Positions 47,130 to 56,939 of a stretch of DNA of 64,000 nucleotides are shown here, one piece after another. Origin of the DNA: Bacteroidota bacterium (GTDB taxonomy: Bacteria; Bacteroidota; Bacteroidia; AKYH767-A; 2013-40CM-41-45); NCBI GenBank assembly GCA_049363815.1, contig JBMQEM010000023.1, forward strand, positions 17,281 through 81,280, written 5' to 3'. The number at the start of each line of letters is the position of its first letter. The first letter of the stretch is position 1. A program made the translations under genes and the position numbers. The notes beneath the pieces were generated by a model. That model ran no database searches and was not told the origin of the DNA. It saw nothing but the letters and a program-made list of their open reading frames with translations.

Positions 47130-49067
47130 TCAGAAAATATCTTCTTCATCGATCAAAACAGTATCAATTGGCATAATTAAGTCACGTGCCAACCCTGTGA
47201 CCTGAACATTTGGCAACAAATTGTCACGTTCCTGTTCAGTGATCATTTGTTTTCTTACCATGAAATTAGCAACATTCTTATAATAATTGGCCAGATATGG
47301 TTTTAGATTTCCTGAAGGATCAAAACTATACCGGAACCATTTTGGATGTGGTAACAAACTTGCGAGAAAAATACTTTCCGGTAAATTAAGTGCCGCAGGA
47401 GTTTTCTTGAAATAAAATTCACTCGCCTCTCCTATACCATAAATATTAGGACCCAATTCAATGATATTGAAGTAAACTTCCAGCATTCTCTCTTTGCTGT
47501 ACAGTCTATTGCTTTCGATCAGCCATACAATTAAAGCTTCTTCCGCTTTGCGGGCTATGGTTTTCTTCCTGTTCAGGAAAACATTTTTTACCAGTTGCAT
47601 ACTGATCGTGCTTCCGCCTCTGAGAAATTTTTTCGCCTTGTAATTGGTCGCAATCGATTTCCTGAAAGCATCTTCATTGAATCCATAATGGTAAAAAAAG
47701 TTCCCATCTTCAGACGTCAGTACTGAATTTCTGAAATAGGGAGATACTCCTTCATAAGGTGTGTAATACGGATTTGAAGGACCGACAATAAATGACCTTA
47801 CATACCTGCCATATTCATATACTGATTGTGAAAATTCACCAGACATTTTCATCAGATCACTATTATTGAATTTACGGATGCGGAATTTATTCTTCTTCAT
47901 CGAACAGTCGAAGGTGACATTGTCAGGATTGGCAGAATCAAGGAAAAAATTCAACTTGAATTTAAGGCTTCCGTCAGCTTCAATTGACCTCACCTCATCA
48001 AACATTCCCTGTGGAAGCGATCTGAAAAAATCAGTTGCCGGAACGGAATCTGTTTCAACACGCATTGCATACTTTTTGGAAGCTGAACTTTCAAAACGAA
48101 CATAAGGTTTAAAAACAATTCCTGACAATGTTGCAACAGATGAACTGTCGAGCATCAACGAATTTTCATTTGAAGTTACAGAATAAGAAATTGAAGCGCT
48201 CTCAATTTTTATACTGTCTTCTGAAATGCGGTTGTGATGAAATGAAAATCCGGCTATTGATGCCAGACCAAATACTTTCAGTTCTTTATTTGAGTAACGG
48301 TAACCATCCAGTTCAATATGTACAGTATCAAAACTGATTGTTGCACCTGTCAACTCAGTAACAAGAGGCAAATTACTTTTCGTTGACGCCAAAGGAAAAA
48401 TAAAAAGGTCAAGTTTCCGGGATGATTGATGAAAAGAACCACTGCACTCCCACTTTGTGTTGGAGTTCATATCTTCAAATTCACCTTTCATTGAATTCAC
48501 ATCAGAATGAAAACGATCAATGCGGATCTTTCTCTCAAGGGTATCATTTCTGTATTTCAGGACAGCATTCGTGATCTCTGCCTTTTGAGGAGCGAAATTG
48601 AAACTTCTTTCCAGTATTCTTGCAAGCAAATAGGAATACCCATTGGAGGCATTGGTTGAATTGCTAACTGCTTTTTTTGTTTCCTTTTCCGGCTTCACAA
48701 ACTTGTAATTCGTTCCTTCCTTTTTATGAACCAATTGCAATTGAATACCATTACCGACAACCTCCTCCAGACGAATAGTTGCTGTGAGCAGGGCTGAAAT
48801 GGAAGGCCGAACCCGGAGAGTGTCAGCATGTAACAAAGTATCACCCGACTGTGGAATAAAGGAAACACCTCCCAATGCCACAGTAAAGATCCCGGAAAAG
48901 GAAGATGAAGTTATTACCATAGTCAATCCTTTCTCCACCTTCATCTTAGCCCCAACTTTCTCTGTAATGTAGTGCAGTAGCGGGTTTCGGAAAATAAAGA
49001 AGATCAGCAGAAAGGCTATTAAAAATGAAAGTGCAACTTTCAGAATCCTTTTAAATATTTTTTCCAT
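47130..49067 (-). CDS. Peptidoglycan glycosyltransferase (GT51) domain protein with about 430-aa N-terminal extension
   Basis: C-terminal EDGNFFYHYGF and RGGSTISMQLVKN GT51 motifs. N-terminal TM anchor, then an unassigned region. Confidence 0.8.
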   Translation of the reverse strand: MEKIFKRILKVALSFLIAFLLIFFIFRNPLLHYITEKVGAKMKVEKGLTMVITSSSFSGIFTVALGGVSFIPQSGDTLLHADTLRVRPSISALLTATIRLEEVVGNGIQLQLVHKKEGTNYKFVKPEKETKKAVSNSTNASNGYSYLLARILERSFNFAPQKAEITNAVLKYRNDTLERKIRIDRFHSDVNSMKGEFEDMNSNTKWECSGSFHQSSRKLDLFIFPLASTKSNLPLVTELTGATISFDTVHIELDGYRYSNKELKVFGLASIAGFSFHHNRISEDSIKIESASISYSVTSNENSLMLDSSSVATLSGIVFKPYVRFESSASKKYAMRVETDSVPATDFFRSLPQGMFDEVRSIEADGSLKFKLNFFLDSANPDNVTFDCSMKKNKFRIRKFNNSDLMKMSGEFSQSVYEYGRYVRSFIVGPSNPYYTPYEGVSPYFRNSVLTSEDGNFFYHYGFNEDAFRKSIATNYKAKKFLRGGSTISMQLVKNVFLNRKKTIARKAEEALIVWLIESNRLYSKERMLEVYFNIIELGPNIYGIGEASEFYFKKTPAALNLPESIFLASLLPHPKWFRYSFDPSGNLKPYLANYYKNVANFMVRKQMITEQERDNLLPNVQVTGLARDLIMPIDTVLIDEEDIF

Positions 49068-49210
49068 ACATATTTGAGAGGTGTAATTTGGTCAATCTTT
49101 AGATACAAATCAAGCCCAATTTCATACACATTTCAACGTTAATAATTTCGGTATTTAATTCATAAGAATTACAACCAGACTCTGTACTTTAGAAACTTGT
49201 TATATATAGT

Positions 49211-50455
49211 ATGAAATTTACAAATCAAACCGGATTGATAAGATCCGGATTAATCGCTTCTTTACTTTTTGTGACCGCCCTACTGGCGTATAGTCAGAGA
49301 AATGTACCGGTTCATAAACCTGAAAACAGAGTAACTCTCGAAAATCATGATAGTCGGGCTCAAGCTTATGTACTGAAAAACTTAAACCGCTTTGGACTTG
49401 ACAAATTAAAAGATTACGATAAAAGTCTTGACGAATCGTTCTCAGCTGAATTAAAAGACACGCTGGAATTGATGGAAAAGACTTATCTGAATAATAGTTC
49501 TACTCTTCAAAAAAGTCTGACGGAAAAGAAAGAAAAGATCAACGACCTCACAACGCAAAAAGCTGAATTAAGCGCAAAATATTCCAAGCTACTTAAAACG
49601 GCTGCATTCGCCTTTGGAATCTGGCTACTGCTGATTATTGTTTTTCTGCAGTTTCAGAAAAGAAAGATCAAAAAGAAAAATGACGAACTTGAAATTACAA
49701 CTGCACAGTTAGTAAATATCAAAAAGTATGCATCGTTAGCCAAATCCGCAATTGACAAAGTAAGGCATTTAAAAAATTCGATAAACAAACTCTCTGAGGA
49801 AACGCAGAATCTCAGTGATCTTTCCAAAACACTTGATGAAAGCAATTCCGTTGAAAATAAATGGACAAGTGAACTTTCCGGCTCTGTTCAAAAAGTAAAC
49901 ACTTCTGCACAATTTGAATTAAGACTGGCAAATGCTTTCATAACACAGGAAGGCGAATTTAGTCAGGAAAAAGAAAGCACGAACATCAATATGTTATGTG
50001 AAGAGTATCTCTCAATTGCATCAAGAGGACTTCTTGCATCCGGAAATGAATTCAATTGTATCGTTACAAATGACTTTGAAAAAAATCTTCCTTCCATAAA
50101 AGTAAATAAGGCTGCAATCGGAAGTTTACTTCTCAATGTCCTGAACAATGCATTTCAGTCTGTGGAGGAAAAATTCAATAAAGGCGTGAAAGGATACCAG
50201 CCCAAGGTTTCAATTAGTACCAGGATCCTTCCGCGTTTTCTTCAGATCAGGATCCGAGATAACGGAACCGGAATGATCGATTCAGTGTTACAGAATGCCA
50301 CTACTCCATTTTATACGACCAAACCAGATGGAAAAGGGGCCGGCTTAGGTCTTTCTGACTCTCAGAAGATCATGACTGAATTTCACAAGGGTGAAATTAA
50401 AATTGAGAGTGAAAACGGAAACAGTACAGACGTTTATATAAAATTCTTTCTTTAA
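49211..50455 (+). CDS. Histidine-kinase-like ATPase protein (membrane, coiled coil, non-canonical H-box)
   Basis: N-box LLNVLNNAFQS, G1 IRDNGTGM, G2 GAGLGLS. The putative DHp reads ASLAKSAIDKVRHLKNSIN. Confidence 0.75.
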   Translation: MKFTNQTGLIRSGLIASLLFVTALLAYSQRNVPVHKPENRVTLENHDSRAQAYVLKNLNRFGLDKLKDYDKSLDESFSAELKDTLELMEKTYLNNSSTLQKSLTEKKEKINDLTTQKAELSAKYSKLLKTAAFAFGIWLLLIIVFLQFQKRKIKKKNDELEITTAQLVNIKKYASLAKSAIDKVRHLKNSINKLSEETQNLSDLSKTLDESNSVENKWTSELSGSVQKVNTSAQFELRLANAFITQEGEFSQEKESTNINMLCEEYLSIASRGLLASGNEFNCIVTNDFEKNLPSIKVNKAAIGSLLLNVLNNAFQSVEEKFNKGVKGYQPKVSISTRILPRFLQIRIRDNGTGMIDSVLQNATTPFYTTKPDGKGAGLGLSDSQKIMTEFHKGEIKIESENGNSTDVYIKFFL

Positions 50456-50456
50456 A

Positions 50457-51230
50457 ATGAAAAAAATAACCCTCTTCATATTATTCAGTATCATCTGTAC
50501 AGTATCTTACGGACAAGATATAGCGACTTTGCAATCATTGAATGCAAGAGCCAAAACCATTTACATTAAAGCAGAAGCGCTGGATCAGATCATGATCTCA
50601 CTCCGGCCATATGAAGATCTGCATGGTGATGGAATTGATACACTCCTGATGGAAACTTATAAAATTATTTCACAAGGGTATTCTGATAACAACCATTTCA
50701 AACAAGGCTATCAGGTATATGATAAATATCTGAACTACCGGATTGAATCATTGCAGAGATATAAAACAAAAACGATTTCAAATGCAGCAGCGTCAATTGA
50801 TTCACGGAAGCAGAAAGATGACGCCGCACAAGTTGATCTGCAGAACACCATTTCGCAGTTACAGATCGATATCGATCAATTAGGAAGTAAGCGATCCGGG
50901 TTTAAAAAATATTTCAGCTTTGGAGTCATTGTATTATCGTTGATCTTCGCAGGACTCCTCGTAAATTATGGAGTTAAATTCAACAACCTTAAGAATCAGA
51001 TCAAAGACAATAAGGATTCGATGATGTCAGGTCATAGATTATCTACACTTGGTCATTTTGCCTCCGGCTACCAGTCTGAAACCGGTAAATCATTCGTAAG
51101 TATTGAGAATACAATCGCTCAGGTAAAGTCCGAACTTAAATCGACAACAGACCAGAATTTGAAAAAGGCAGACCAACTTTGTTCTGTTATCCTTAAATCA
51201 ACCGCAGAAGTAAAAGCGATCAATAATTAA
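50457..51230 (+). CDS. Hypothetical membrane protein with degenerate DHp-like helix, no ATPase domain
   Basis: Signal peptide, one TM helix, then HRLSTLGHFASGYQSETGKSF. This resembles RLASLGQLAAGIAHEINNPL but has Ser at the phospho-His position. Confidence 0.6.
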   Translation: MKKITLFILFSIICTVSYGQDIATLQSLNARAKTIYIKAEALDQIMISLRPYEDLHGDGIDTLLMETYKIISQGYSDNNHFKQGYQVYDKYLNYRIESLQRYKTKTISNAAASIDSRKQKDDAAQVDLQNTISQLQIDIDQLGSKRSGFKKYFSFGVIVLSLIFAGLLVNYGVKFNNLKNQIKDNKDSMMSGHRLSTLGHFASGYQSETGKSFVSIENTIAQVKSELKSTTDQNLKKADQLCSVILKSTAEVKAINN

Positions 51231-51233
51231 TTT

Positions 51234-52466
51234 TTAAAAGTCAGCGATGGTTTTGCGGATTATACCAATGCACTCCTGAAGTTGATCCTCAGTAATAATA
51301 AGTGGTGGAGCAAAGCGAATGATATCGCCATGGGTAGGTTTTGCCAACAAGCCATTTTCCTTTAAAGCCAGACAAACATCCCAGGCATCTTTACCTGCTT
51401 TTGGTTTAATGACCATAGCACAGAACAGGCCTTTACCCCTGACAAGAGAAATATGATCATGTTTGATCGCTTTCAGTTCCTTCAGTAAAATAGTTCCTAA
51501 TCGTTCGGCCTTTTCAGCAAGCTTTTCTTCCTTCAAAACCTCCAGAGCAGCAATAGCAACCTTAGCAGCTAATGGATTACCACCATAAGTGCTTCCATGC
51601 TCGCCTGGTTTAATGCAAAGCATAATTTCATCACTGGCAAGTACTGCAGAAACAGGAAGTAATCCGCCACTCAGTGCTTTTCCTAAAATGAGAATATCCG
51701 GATGAACATTTTCATGATCACAGGCAAGCATTCTACCAGTTCTACCTAGTCCGGTTTGGATTTCATCGCCGATAAAAAGTACATTATGTTTTTTACAGAG
51801 TTCAGAAGCTGATCTCAGATAACCATTCGCCGGCATTACTACTCCGGCCTCCCCTTGAATCGGTTCCACTAAAAAACCTGCAACCAGAGGATCCTGAAGT
51901 GCTTTCTCCAGAGCAGGAATATCATCATAAGGAATTTTTATAAAGCCGGGTGTATAAGGACCAAATTTACCATACGAATCCGGATCTGTTGACGCTGAAA
52001 TAATAGTAATTGTTCTTCCATGAAAATTCCCTTCACATACAATGATCTTCGCATTGTTCTCCGGAATTCCTTTCTTCACATACGACCACCTTCTTGCTAA
52101 CTTCATGGCAGTCTCCACTCCTTCTGCGCCTGAATTCATAGGGAGCACTTTATCATAATTAAAGTAACCTGTAATATACTCTTCGTATTCTCCCAGAACA
52201 TTATTGTGAAAAGCTCTGGAAGTTAAGGATAGTTTCTGAACCTGATCTACTAATGCCTTTACGATCTTAGGATGGTTATGCCCTTGATTCAAAGCTGAAT
52301 AGGCTGATAAAAAGTCAAAGTACTTTTTCCCTTCAACGTCCCATACATAAACACCCTCACCACGTTCCAGAACTACCGGCAAAGGATGATAATTATGCGC
52401 ACCAAAGCGCTCTTCGCGTTCAATTGCCAGTTCTGTCAATGACTTTTCAACTACTATCGTTTTCAT
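51234..52466 (-). CDS. rocD: Ornithine--oxo-acid aminotransferase
   Basis: [47 protein letters not shown] and [15 protein letters not shown] at 52466. Confidence 0.9.
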   Translation of the reverse strand: MKTIVVEKSLTELAIEREERFGAHNYHPLPVVLERGEGVYVWDVEGKKYFDFLSAYSALNQGHNHPKIVKALVDQVQKLSLTSRAFHNNVLGEYEEYITGYFNYDKVLPMNSGAEGVETAMKLARRWSYVKKGIPENNAKIIVCEGNFHGRTITIISASTDPDSYGKFGPYTPGFIKIPYDDIPALEKALQDPLVAGFLVEPIQGEAGVVMPANGYLRSASELCKKHNVLFIGDEIQTGLGRTGRMLACDHENVHPDILILGKALSGGLLPVSAVLASDEIMLCIKPGEHGSTYGGNPLAAKVAIAALEVLKEEKLAEKAERLGTILLKELKAIKHDHISLVRGKGLFCAMVIKPKAGKDAWDVCLALKENGLLAKPTHGDIIRFAPPLIITEDQLQECIGIIRKTIADF

Positions 52467-52674
52467 GATGCGGGAATAGAAATAAAACAACTTATATAAC
52501 GCAAAAATAAGCTTTTATCGGAGGTAATTCAAGTTAATCGGTCACTTTCCTACACTTATTGCTGTTAATTTTTGGTAGTCTTTGATAAAAAACCAAATTG
52601 TTCCATAAAATATCCATCATTTACGAGGTTACGATTCTCAATTGCAATTAAGTCATTTGTTTATTTAATGATTC

Positions 52675-52890
52675 TGTCCGCCCCAGGCGGATAGTCTTGC
52701 AAGGGGGAAAACATGGGGATTTTTTGCAAGGCGATAGCCAATAGAATTAGGATGTTCCAAATGGCAGAAGCCATTAGGTGACATAGAATTCACATAATAT
52801 CATTGAAAACGCAAAGCGAACTTCGTTCAGTACTTCACTGGCGAGGTAGGTGTTTGGGATTTATATTTAAATCCCCGGGGCGCGCCATGT
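52675..52890. other. GC-rich hairpin-dense island in the rocD/rlmD divergent spacer (candidate structured RNA, class and strand unknown)
   Basis: Five local stem-loops: 52678-52690, 52696-52730, 52760-52775, 52828-52840 and 52856-52875. Also a CCCCGGGGCGCGCC palindromic block. No ORF of 60 aa or more. Confidence 0.35.
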
Positions 52891-53057
52891 CAAACCACAA
52901 GATCTATCGAAAATACTCCCAGCTAAAAATTTGCAATTCATCAACTGCCTAAAATACTTCAACTTCTTATTAAATTCTGATGATATTCCGGATAACCATT
53001 CAAACTCATTCACGATTTGCAGGTGAAATCTGACGAACATTCTTTACTTTCGCCATT

Positions 53058-54467
53058 ATGGAAAATGTGAAAAAAGGTGAAATAACAGAGAATCTCAACA
53101 TTTCAGAGGCGGGCTCTGAAGGCAATGCTTTAGCCCGTATCGACAATTTTGTGGTCTTTGCTGAAGGTGCTGTTCCGGGTGATGTTGCTGATGTCATGAT
53201 CTACAGAAAAAAAAAGAATTATGCTGAAGGCCGGGTAGTAAATCTTATTTCACCTTCTGTTGACAGAGTTGAGCCGTTCTGTTCACATTTCGGTACTTGT
53301 GGTGGTTGCAAATGGCAACACATGTCATATGAAAAGCAAATTTTTTACAAACAAAAACATGTGACTGATGTGCTGGAACGTGTTGGGAAAGTTCAGTTAC
53401 CTGCAGCAGTGCCAATCAAAGCATCCGCACAAACTAAATATTACCGAAATAAACTTGAATACACTTTTTCCAACAAGGCATGGCTGACCAAAGAGGATCT
53501 GGATTCCGGAACTACTATTCAGCAAAATGCTTTAGGCTTTCATGTTCCGGGTAGATTCGATAAAATTCTTGATATCAAGGAATGCTTCCTGCAAGATGAT
53601 CTAAGTAATAAGATCCGTTTATCAGTAAAAGAGTTTGCACTGAATAATAATTTTGAATTCTTCGATCCTCGAAGTCAGGAAGGTTACCTGAGAAATCTCA
53701 TCATCCGCTCTACTTCTACCGGTGAATGGATGGTTGTCGTTGTTTTTAGTCGTGATCATCAGGAAAGCAGAATGCTTATGATGGAACATCTTAAAAAGAC
53801 TTTTCCTGAAATTACATCGCTTCAATATATCGTCAATTCAAAAAGGAATGATACAATTTTTGACTTGAATGTTGAACTCTTCAATGGCCGTTCATACATA
53901 GAAGAAAAAATGGAAGACCTGACTTTCAGGATCTCTGCAAAATCCTTTTATCAGACCAATTCTCTTCAGGCTTATGAATTATATAAAATTGTCCGTGATT
54001 ATGCAGGATTAACAGGAAATGAAAACGTTTACGACCTTTATACAGGAACCGGAACTATTGCGTCATTTATTGCATCCAAAGCTAAACACGTTACGGGAAT
54101 TGATTACATCGCTGATGCAATCAATGATGCCGGAGAAAATGCAGGCTACAACAAAATCCAAAATGTTTCGTTTTATGCAGGAGACATCAAAGATACTCTG
54201 ACAACAGAATTTATCAGTAAACATGGTAAACCGGATGTTATCATCACAGATCCTCCCCGATCCGGAATGCATGAGGATGTTGTACGAGCGATCATTGAGG
54301 CTGCTCCTGACCGAATAGTATATGTCAGTTGTAACCCGGCTTCTCAGGCAAGGGATCTGCAGATACTTGATGAAGCCTATTCAATAGTGAAATATCAACC
54401 GGTAGATATGTTTCCACATACGACACATGTTGAGAATGTAATGTTGTTAAAACGCAGGAGTATTTAA
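53058..54467 (+). CDS. rlmD: 23S rRNA (uracil-C5)-methyltransferase RlmD-like (TRAM + Fe-S + SAM MTase)
   Basis: TRAM N-terminus, cluster cysteines CSHFGTCGGCKWQH, DPPRSG, catalytic SCNP. Confidence 0.9.
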   Translation: MENVKKGEITENLNISEAGSEGNALARIDNFVVFAEGAVPGDVADVMIYRKKKNYAEGRVVNLISPSVDRVEPFCSHFGTCGGCKWQHMSYEKQIFYKQKHVTDVLERVGKVQLPAAVPIKASAQTKYYRNKLEYTFSNKAWLTKEDLDSGTTIQQNALGFHVPGRFDKILDIKECFLQDDLSNKIRLSVKEFALNNNFEFFDPRSQEGYLRNLIIRSTSTGEWMVVVVFSRDHQESRMLMMEHLKKTFPEITSLQYIVNSKRNDTIFDLNVELFNGRSYIEEKMEDLTFRISAKSFYQTNSLQAYELYKIVRDYAGLTGNENVYDLYTGTGTIASFIASKAKHVTGIDYIADAINDAGENAGYNKIQNVSFYAGDIKDTLTTEFISKHGKPDVIITDPPRSGMHEDVVRAIIEAAPDRIVYVSCNPASQARDLQILDEAYSIVKYQPVDMFPHTTHVENVMLLKRRSI

Positions 54468-54477
54468 GGAAACTGAA

Positions 54478-55008
54478 ATGAGGTCAATTCTCTTTTTTCT
54501 GATCTTCACCTTTTTTTCCGGAATCGTTTCCGGACAGGATCCTTCCATCGCTACAGATAGCGAACAGGAACAACTTGCTCTATGCTTTAAATATTCAAAT
54601 GAACTTGGCTTCGATCTTGAATCTGTTACAAATCCTCACCTTTATGAATATGTAAATGAATGGCTGGGTACGCCCTATCGATACAGTGGCGAAAGCAAGA
54701 ATGGCATTGACTGTTCCGGACTTGTCTGTGAATTATACAAGTCTGCTTATCAGAAAATTCTTACAGGTTCCGCAAAAGATATCTATGAAAAATCCGAACC
54801 TGTCAAAAAGGAAAATCTGAAGGAAGGTGATCTGGTATTTTTCAAGATCAGGAAAGGAAGGATTTCTCATATTGGAATTTATCTTGGTTCAAATAAATTT
54901 GCCCATGCAAGTACTTCGCGTGGAGTGATCATCAGCGACCTCGATGAACCGTATTATAAAAAATACTACTATAAAGGTGGACGTTTAAAAGAAATGAACG
55001 ATAACTAA
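54478..55008 (+). CDS. C40 family (NlpC/P60) peptidase
   Basis: GIDCSGLVCELYK catalytic Cys and ISHIGIYLG...FAHAS. Confidence 0.85.
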   Translation: MRSILFFLIFTFFSGIVSGQDPSIATDSEQEQLALCFKYSNELGFDLESVTNPHLYEYVNEWLGTPYRYSGESKNGIDCSGLVCELYKSAYQKILTGSAKDIYEKSEPVKKENLKEGDLVFFKIRKGRISHIGIYLGSNKFAHASTSRGVIISDLDEPYYKKYYYKGGRLKEMNDN

Positions 55009-55515
55009 ATGGAAAAAGATAAAACTCTCCTGCTTACCAATAAGCAGATCGAACAAAAACTGAACCGGTTAGCTTTTCAGATCTATGAAGATAATTCCGG
55101 TGCGAAAGAAATTGTTCTGGCAGGAATTGTAAAAAGTGGTTACGAAGTAGCCGAGAAAATAGCAGCAATCCTGAAGAGTATTGCACCATTTAAAATTTTG
55201 CTCACAGAAGTAAAATTTATTAAGCATGGCAAACTGGATCAGAAAATTGAGATCAGTTTATCAAAGGAAGAGTTGAATGATAAGATCGTAATTCTGGTGG
55301 ATGATGTTATGAATTCAGGCAAGACTATGCTTAGCGCAATGAAACCTTTTCTGGATGCTGAAACAAAAAAATTAAGAACAGTCGTACTCGTTGACAGAAA
55401 TCACAAGCGTTATCCGGTTTCATCTGACTTTGTCGGACTCTCCCTCGCCACTACTTTACAGGAACATGTGAGTGTGGAAATCGAAAGTGATAAGATTGAG
55501 GCATGGATACAGTAA
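55009..55515 (+). CDS. Phosphoribosyltransferase family protein (PyrR-like)
   Basis: PRPP-binding loop IVILVDDVMNSGKTM. Confidence 0.78.
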   Translation: MEKDKTLLLTNKQIEQKLNRLAFQIYEDNSGAKEIVLAGIVKSGYEVAEKIAAILKSIAPFKILLTEVKFIKHGKLDQKIEISLSKEELNDKIVILVDDVMNSGKTMLSAMKPFLDAETKKLRTVVLVDRNHKRYPVSSDFVGLSLATTLQEHVSVEIESDKIEAWIQ

Positions 55516-55521
55516 TAACCA

Positions 55522-56025
55522 CTAATAATTAGTTATCAGTTCAGAAAGACTTTTCACATTCACACTTGCAGCATTAATTGTGATCTGTGCCTTTTTATAG
55601 AAGGGAGAACGAATGGCCAGATGGCCTGAGATCTGTTCCATCAATTCAACATCATTTAAATTTTCTATCAGCGGCCTTCCGGATCTGTTATTGGAGAGCC
55701 GATGAAAAAGTAATCCCGGATTTGCTTCCAGATATACTGTTACTCCCACTGCATTCATGTAATCCATATTATCGAAATAACATGGCAAACCACCACCTGT
55801 AGATACAACTACATTATTATTTTCTGAAAGAGAATGCAATGCATTTCTTTCCAGTTCACGAAAATGTTCCTGGCCAGATGTTTTAAAAATTTCTGAAATA
55901 CTTTTTCCTTCAGACTTTTCTACCAGTTCATCGGTATGGACAACTGGCAATTCAAGGATCTTTCCCAGAGCTTCAGCAACTTTCGATTTCCCGCTACCCA
56001 TATAACCTATTAAAAATACTTTCAT
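55522..56025 (-). CDS. aroK: Shikimate kinase
   Basis: Walker A GYMGSGKS, FRELE, STGGG. Confidence 0.9.
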   Translation of the reverse strand: MKVFLIGYMGSGKSKVAEALGKILELPVVHTDELVEKSEGKSISEIFKTSGQEHFRELERNALHSLSENNNVVVSTGGGLPCYFDNMDYMNAVGVTVYLEANPGLLFHRLSNNRSGRPLIENLNDVELMEQISGHLAIRSPFYKKAQITINAASVNVKSLSELITNY

Positions 56026-56031
56026 CTATTC

Positions 56032-56856
56032 CTACTCTTCTATTAAACGGGAATGGACGATCAGTAAATTACAAGGTAACTTTGGCAGAATAGTGTCAAT
56101 ATGATTCTGAGCAATTCGTTCGAAGATCTGAAGATGATGGTCCAGCGAATTTACGATGATAAGATCCGCCTTTACTTTCCGGGCGTATTCAGTGATATCT
56201 TCATAATTTTCATTCGCTGCCGATTCAATCCTGACGTTGAGCGCCATGTTTTCAACCGATTGATTCAGTTTTGAGTCAGAAAAAATTTCAGACCTGTAAT
56301 CGTTGGATTGGGAAGATTCTGCTGATGCAAATTGTTCTGCTACATCAAGTACAATGATCTCTTCTGCTTTTTCCCTTTCACTGAAGTAGAATGCTGTCAT
56401 CAGGGCATGTTCTGTCTTCCTGTGATTGTTTGCTTCCACTACGATCCGTTTCATCGAACTGGATGGTGATGTATATATAAGTACTGAACACTTTGCTTTT
56501 GTAGCAATTTCCTGAGTTAATTTTCCAAAAGGCGTTGAGAAATTTTTGTTTGTGGAAAGTCCCATGAGAAGAAGATCCACCACTTCATGTTTGCAGATCT
56601 GCAGAATCGAAGAAACAGCATTGGCTTGTTCCCAATAGATCCGTGAATTTCCGTCATGGAATCCATAGCGCGTCAGAATTCTTGAAAGCTGAATAAACTT
56701 GTCCCCGGTCTTTTTTCCGTAATGAATAAAAACAGCCAGACTTCCATGATTTTCACAATGGCGCTTCATTTCACTGACCATGAAATCAAGTTCATCATTA
56801 AAAGCAACTCCAAGTGCAATGGTGTTGAATGGAAAAGATGGTTTTCCTTTTATCAT
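56032..56856 (-). CDS. Universal stress protein family (tandem Usp domains)
   Basis: Two Usp-like halves (ADLIIVNS, CNLLIVH). Start set at the ATG at 56856. Confidence 0.68.
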   Translation of the reverse strand: MIKGKPSFPFNTIALGVAFNDELDFMVSEMKRHCENHGSLAVFIHYGKKTGDKFIQLSRILTRYGFHDGNSRIYWEQANAVSSILQICKHEVVDLLLMGLSTNKNFSTPFGKLTQEIATKAKCSVLIYTSPSSSMKRIVVEANNHRKTEHALMTAFYFSEREKAEEIIVLDVAEQFASAESSQSNDYRSEIFSDSKLNQSVENMALNVRIESAANENYEDITEYARKVKADLIIVNSLDHHLQIFERIAQNHIDTILPKLPCNLLIVHSRLIEE

Positions 56857-56939
56857 TTGCTTTTCTTTAGCTGCAAGATAATAAAAAGACTGAATAACCA
56901 AAGGGCAATTTAAATCAAATGATCAACAGCCTTTGCCCG

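Noticed and set aside
52811-52886. Riboswitch-like fragments: ACGCAAAGC and GGTAGGT (c-di-GMP-I-like), and ACTGGCG-hairpin-CGGGG (ZTP-like)
   Set aside because: The other obligatory parts are missing or misplaced. There is no P1 pairing. The CCGCC..GG box lies upstream (52678) rather than downstream. rlmD and rocD are not typical targets. I treat the region as unclassified rather than a known riboswitch.
52865-52886. Adjacent SwaI (ATTTAAAT), SmaI (CCCGGG) and AscI (GGCGCGCC) sites suggested a synthetic polylinker or cloning scar
   Set aside because: The ATTTAAAT is the 3' half of a native-looking 8-bp stem (GGGATTTA/TAAATCCC), and the flanks are continuous with the surrounding spacer. There are no vector-like sequences nearby. 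This cannot be fully excluded without read data.
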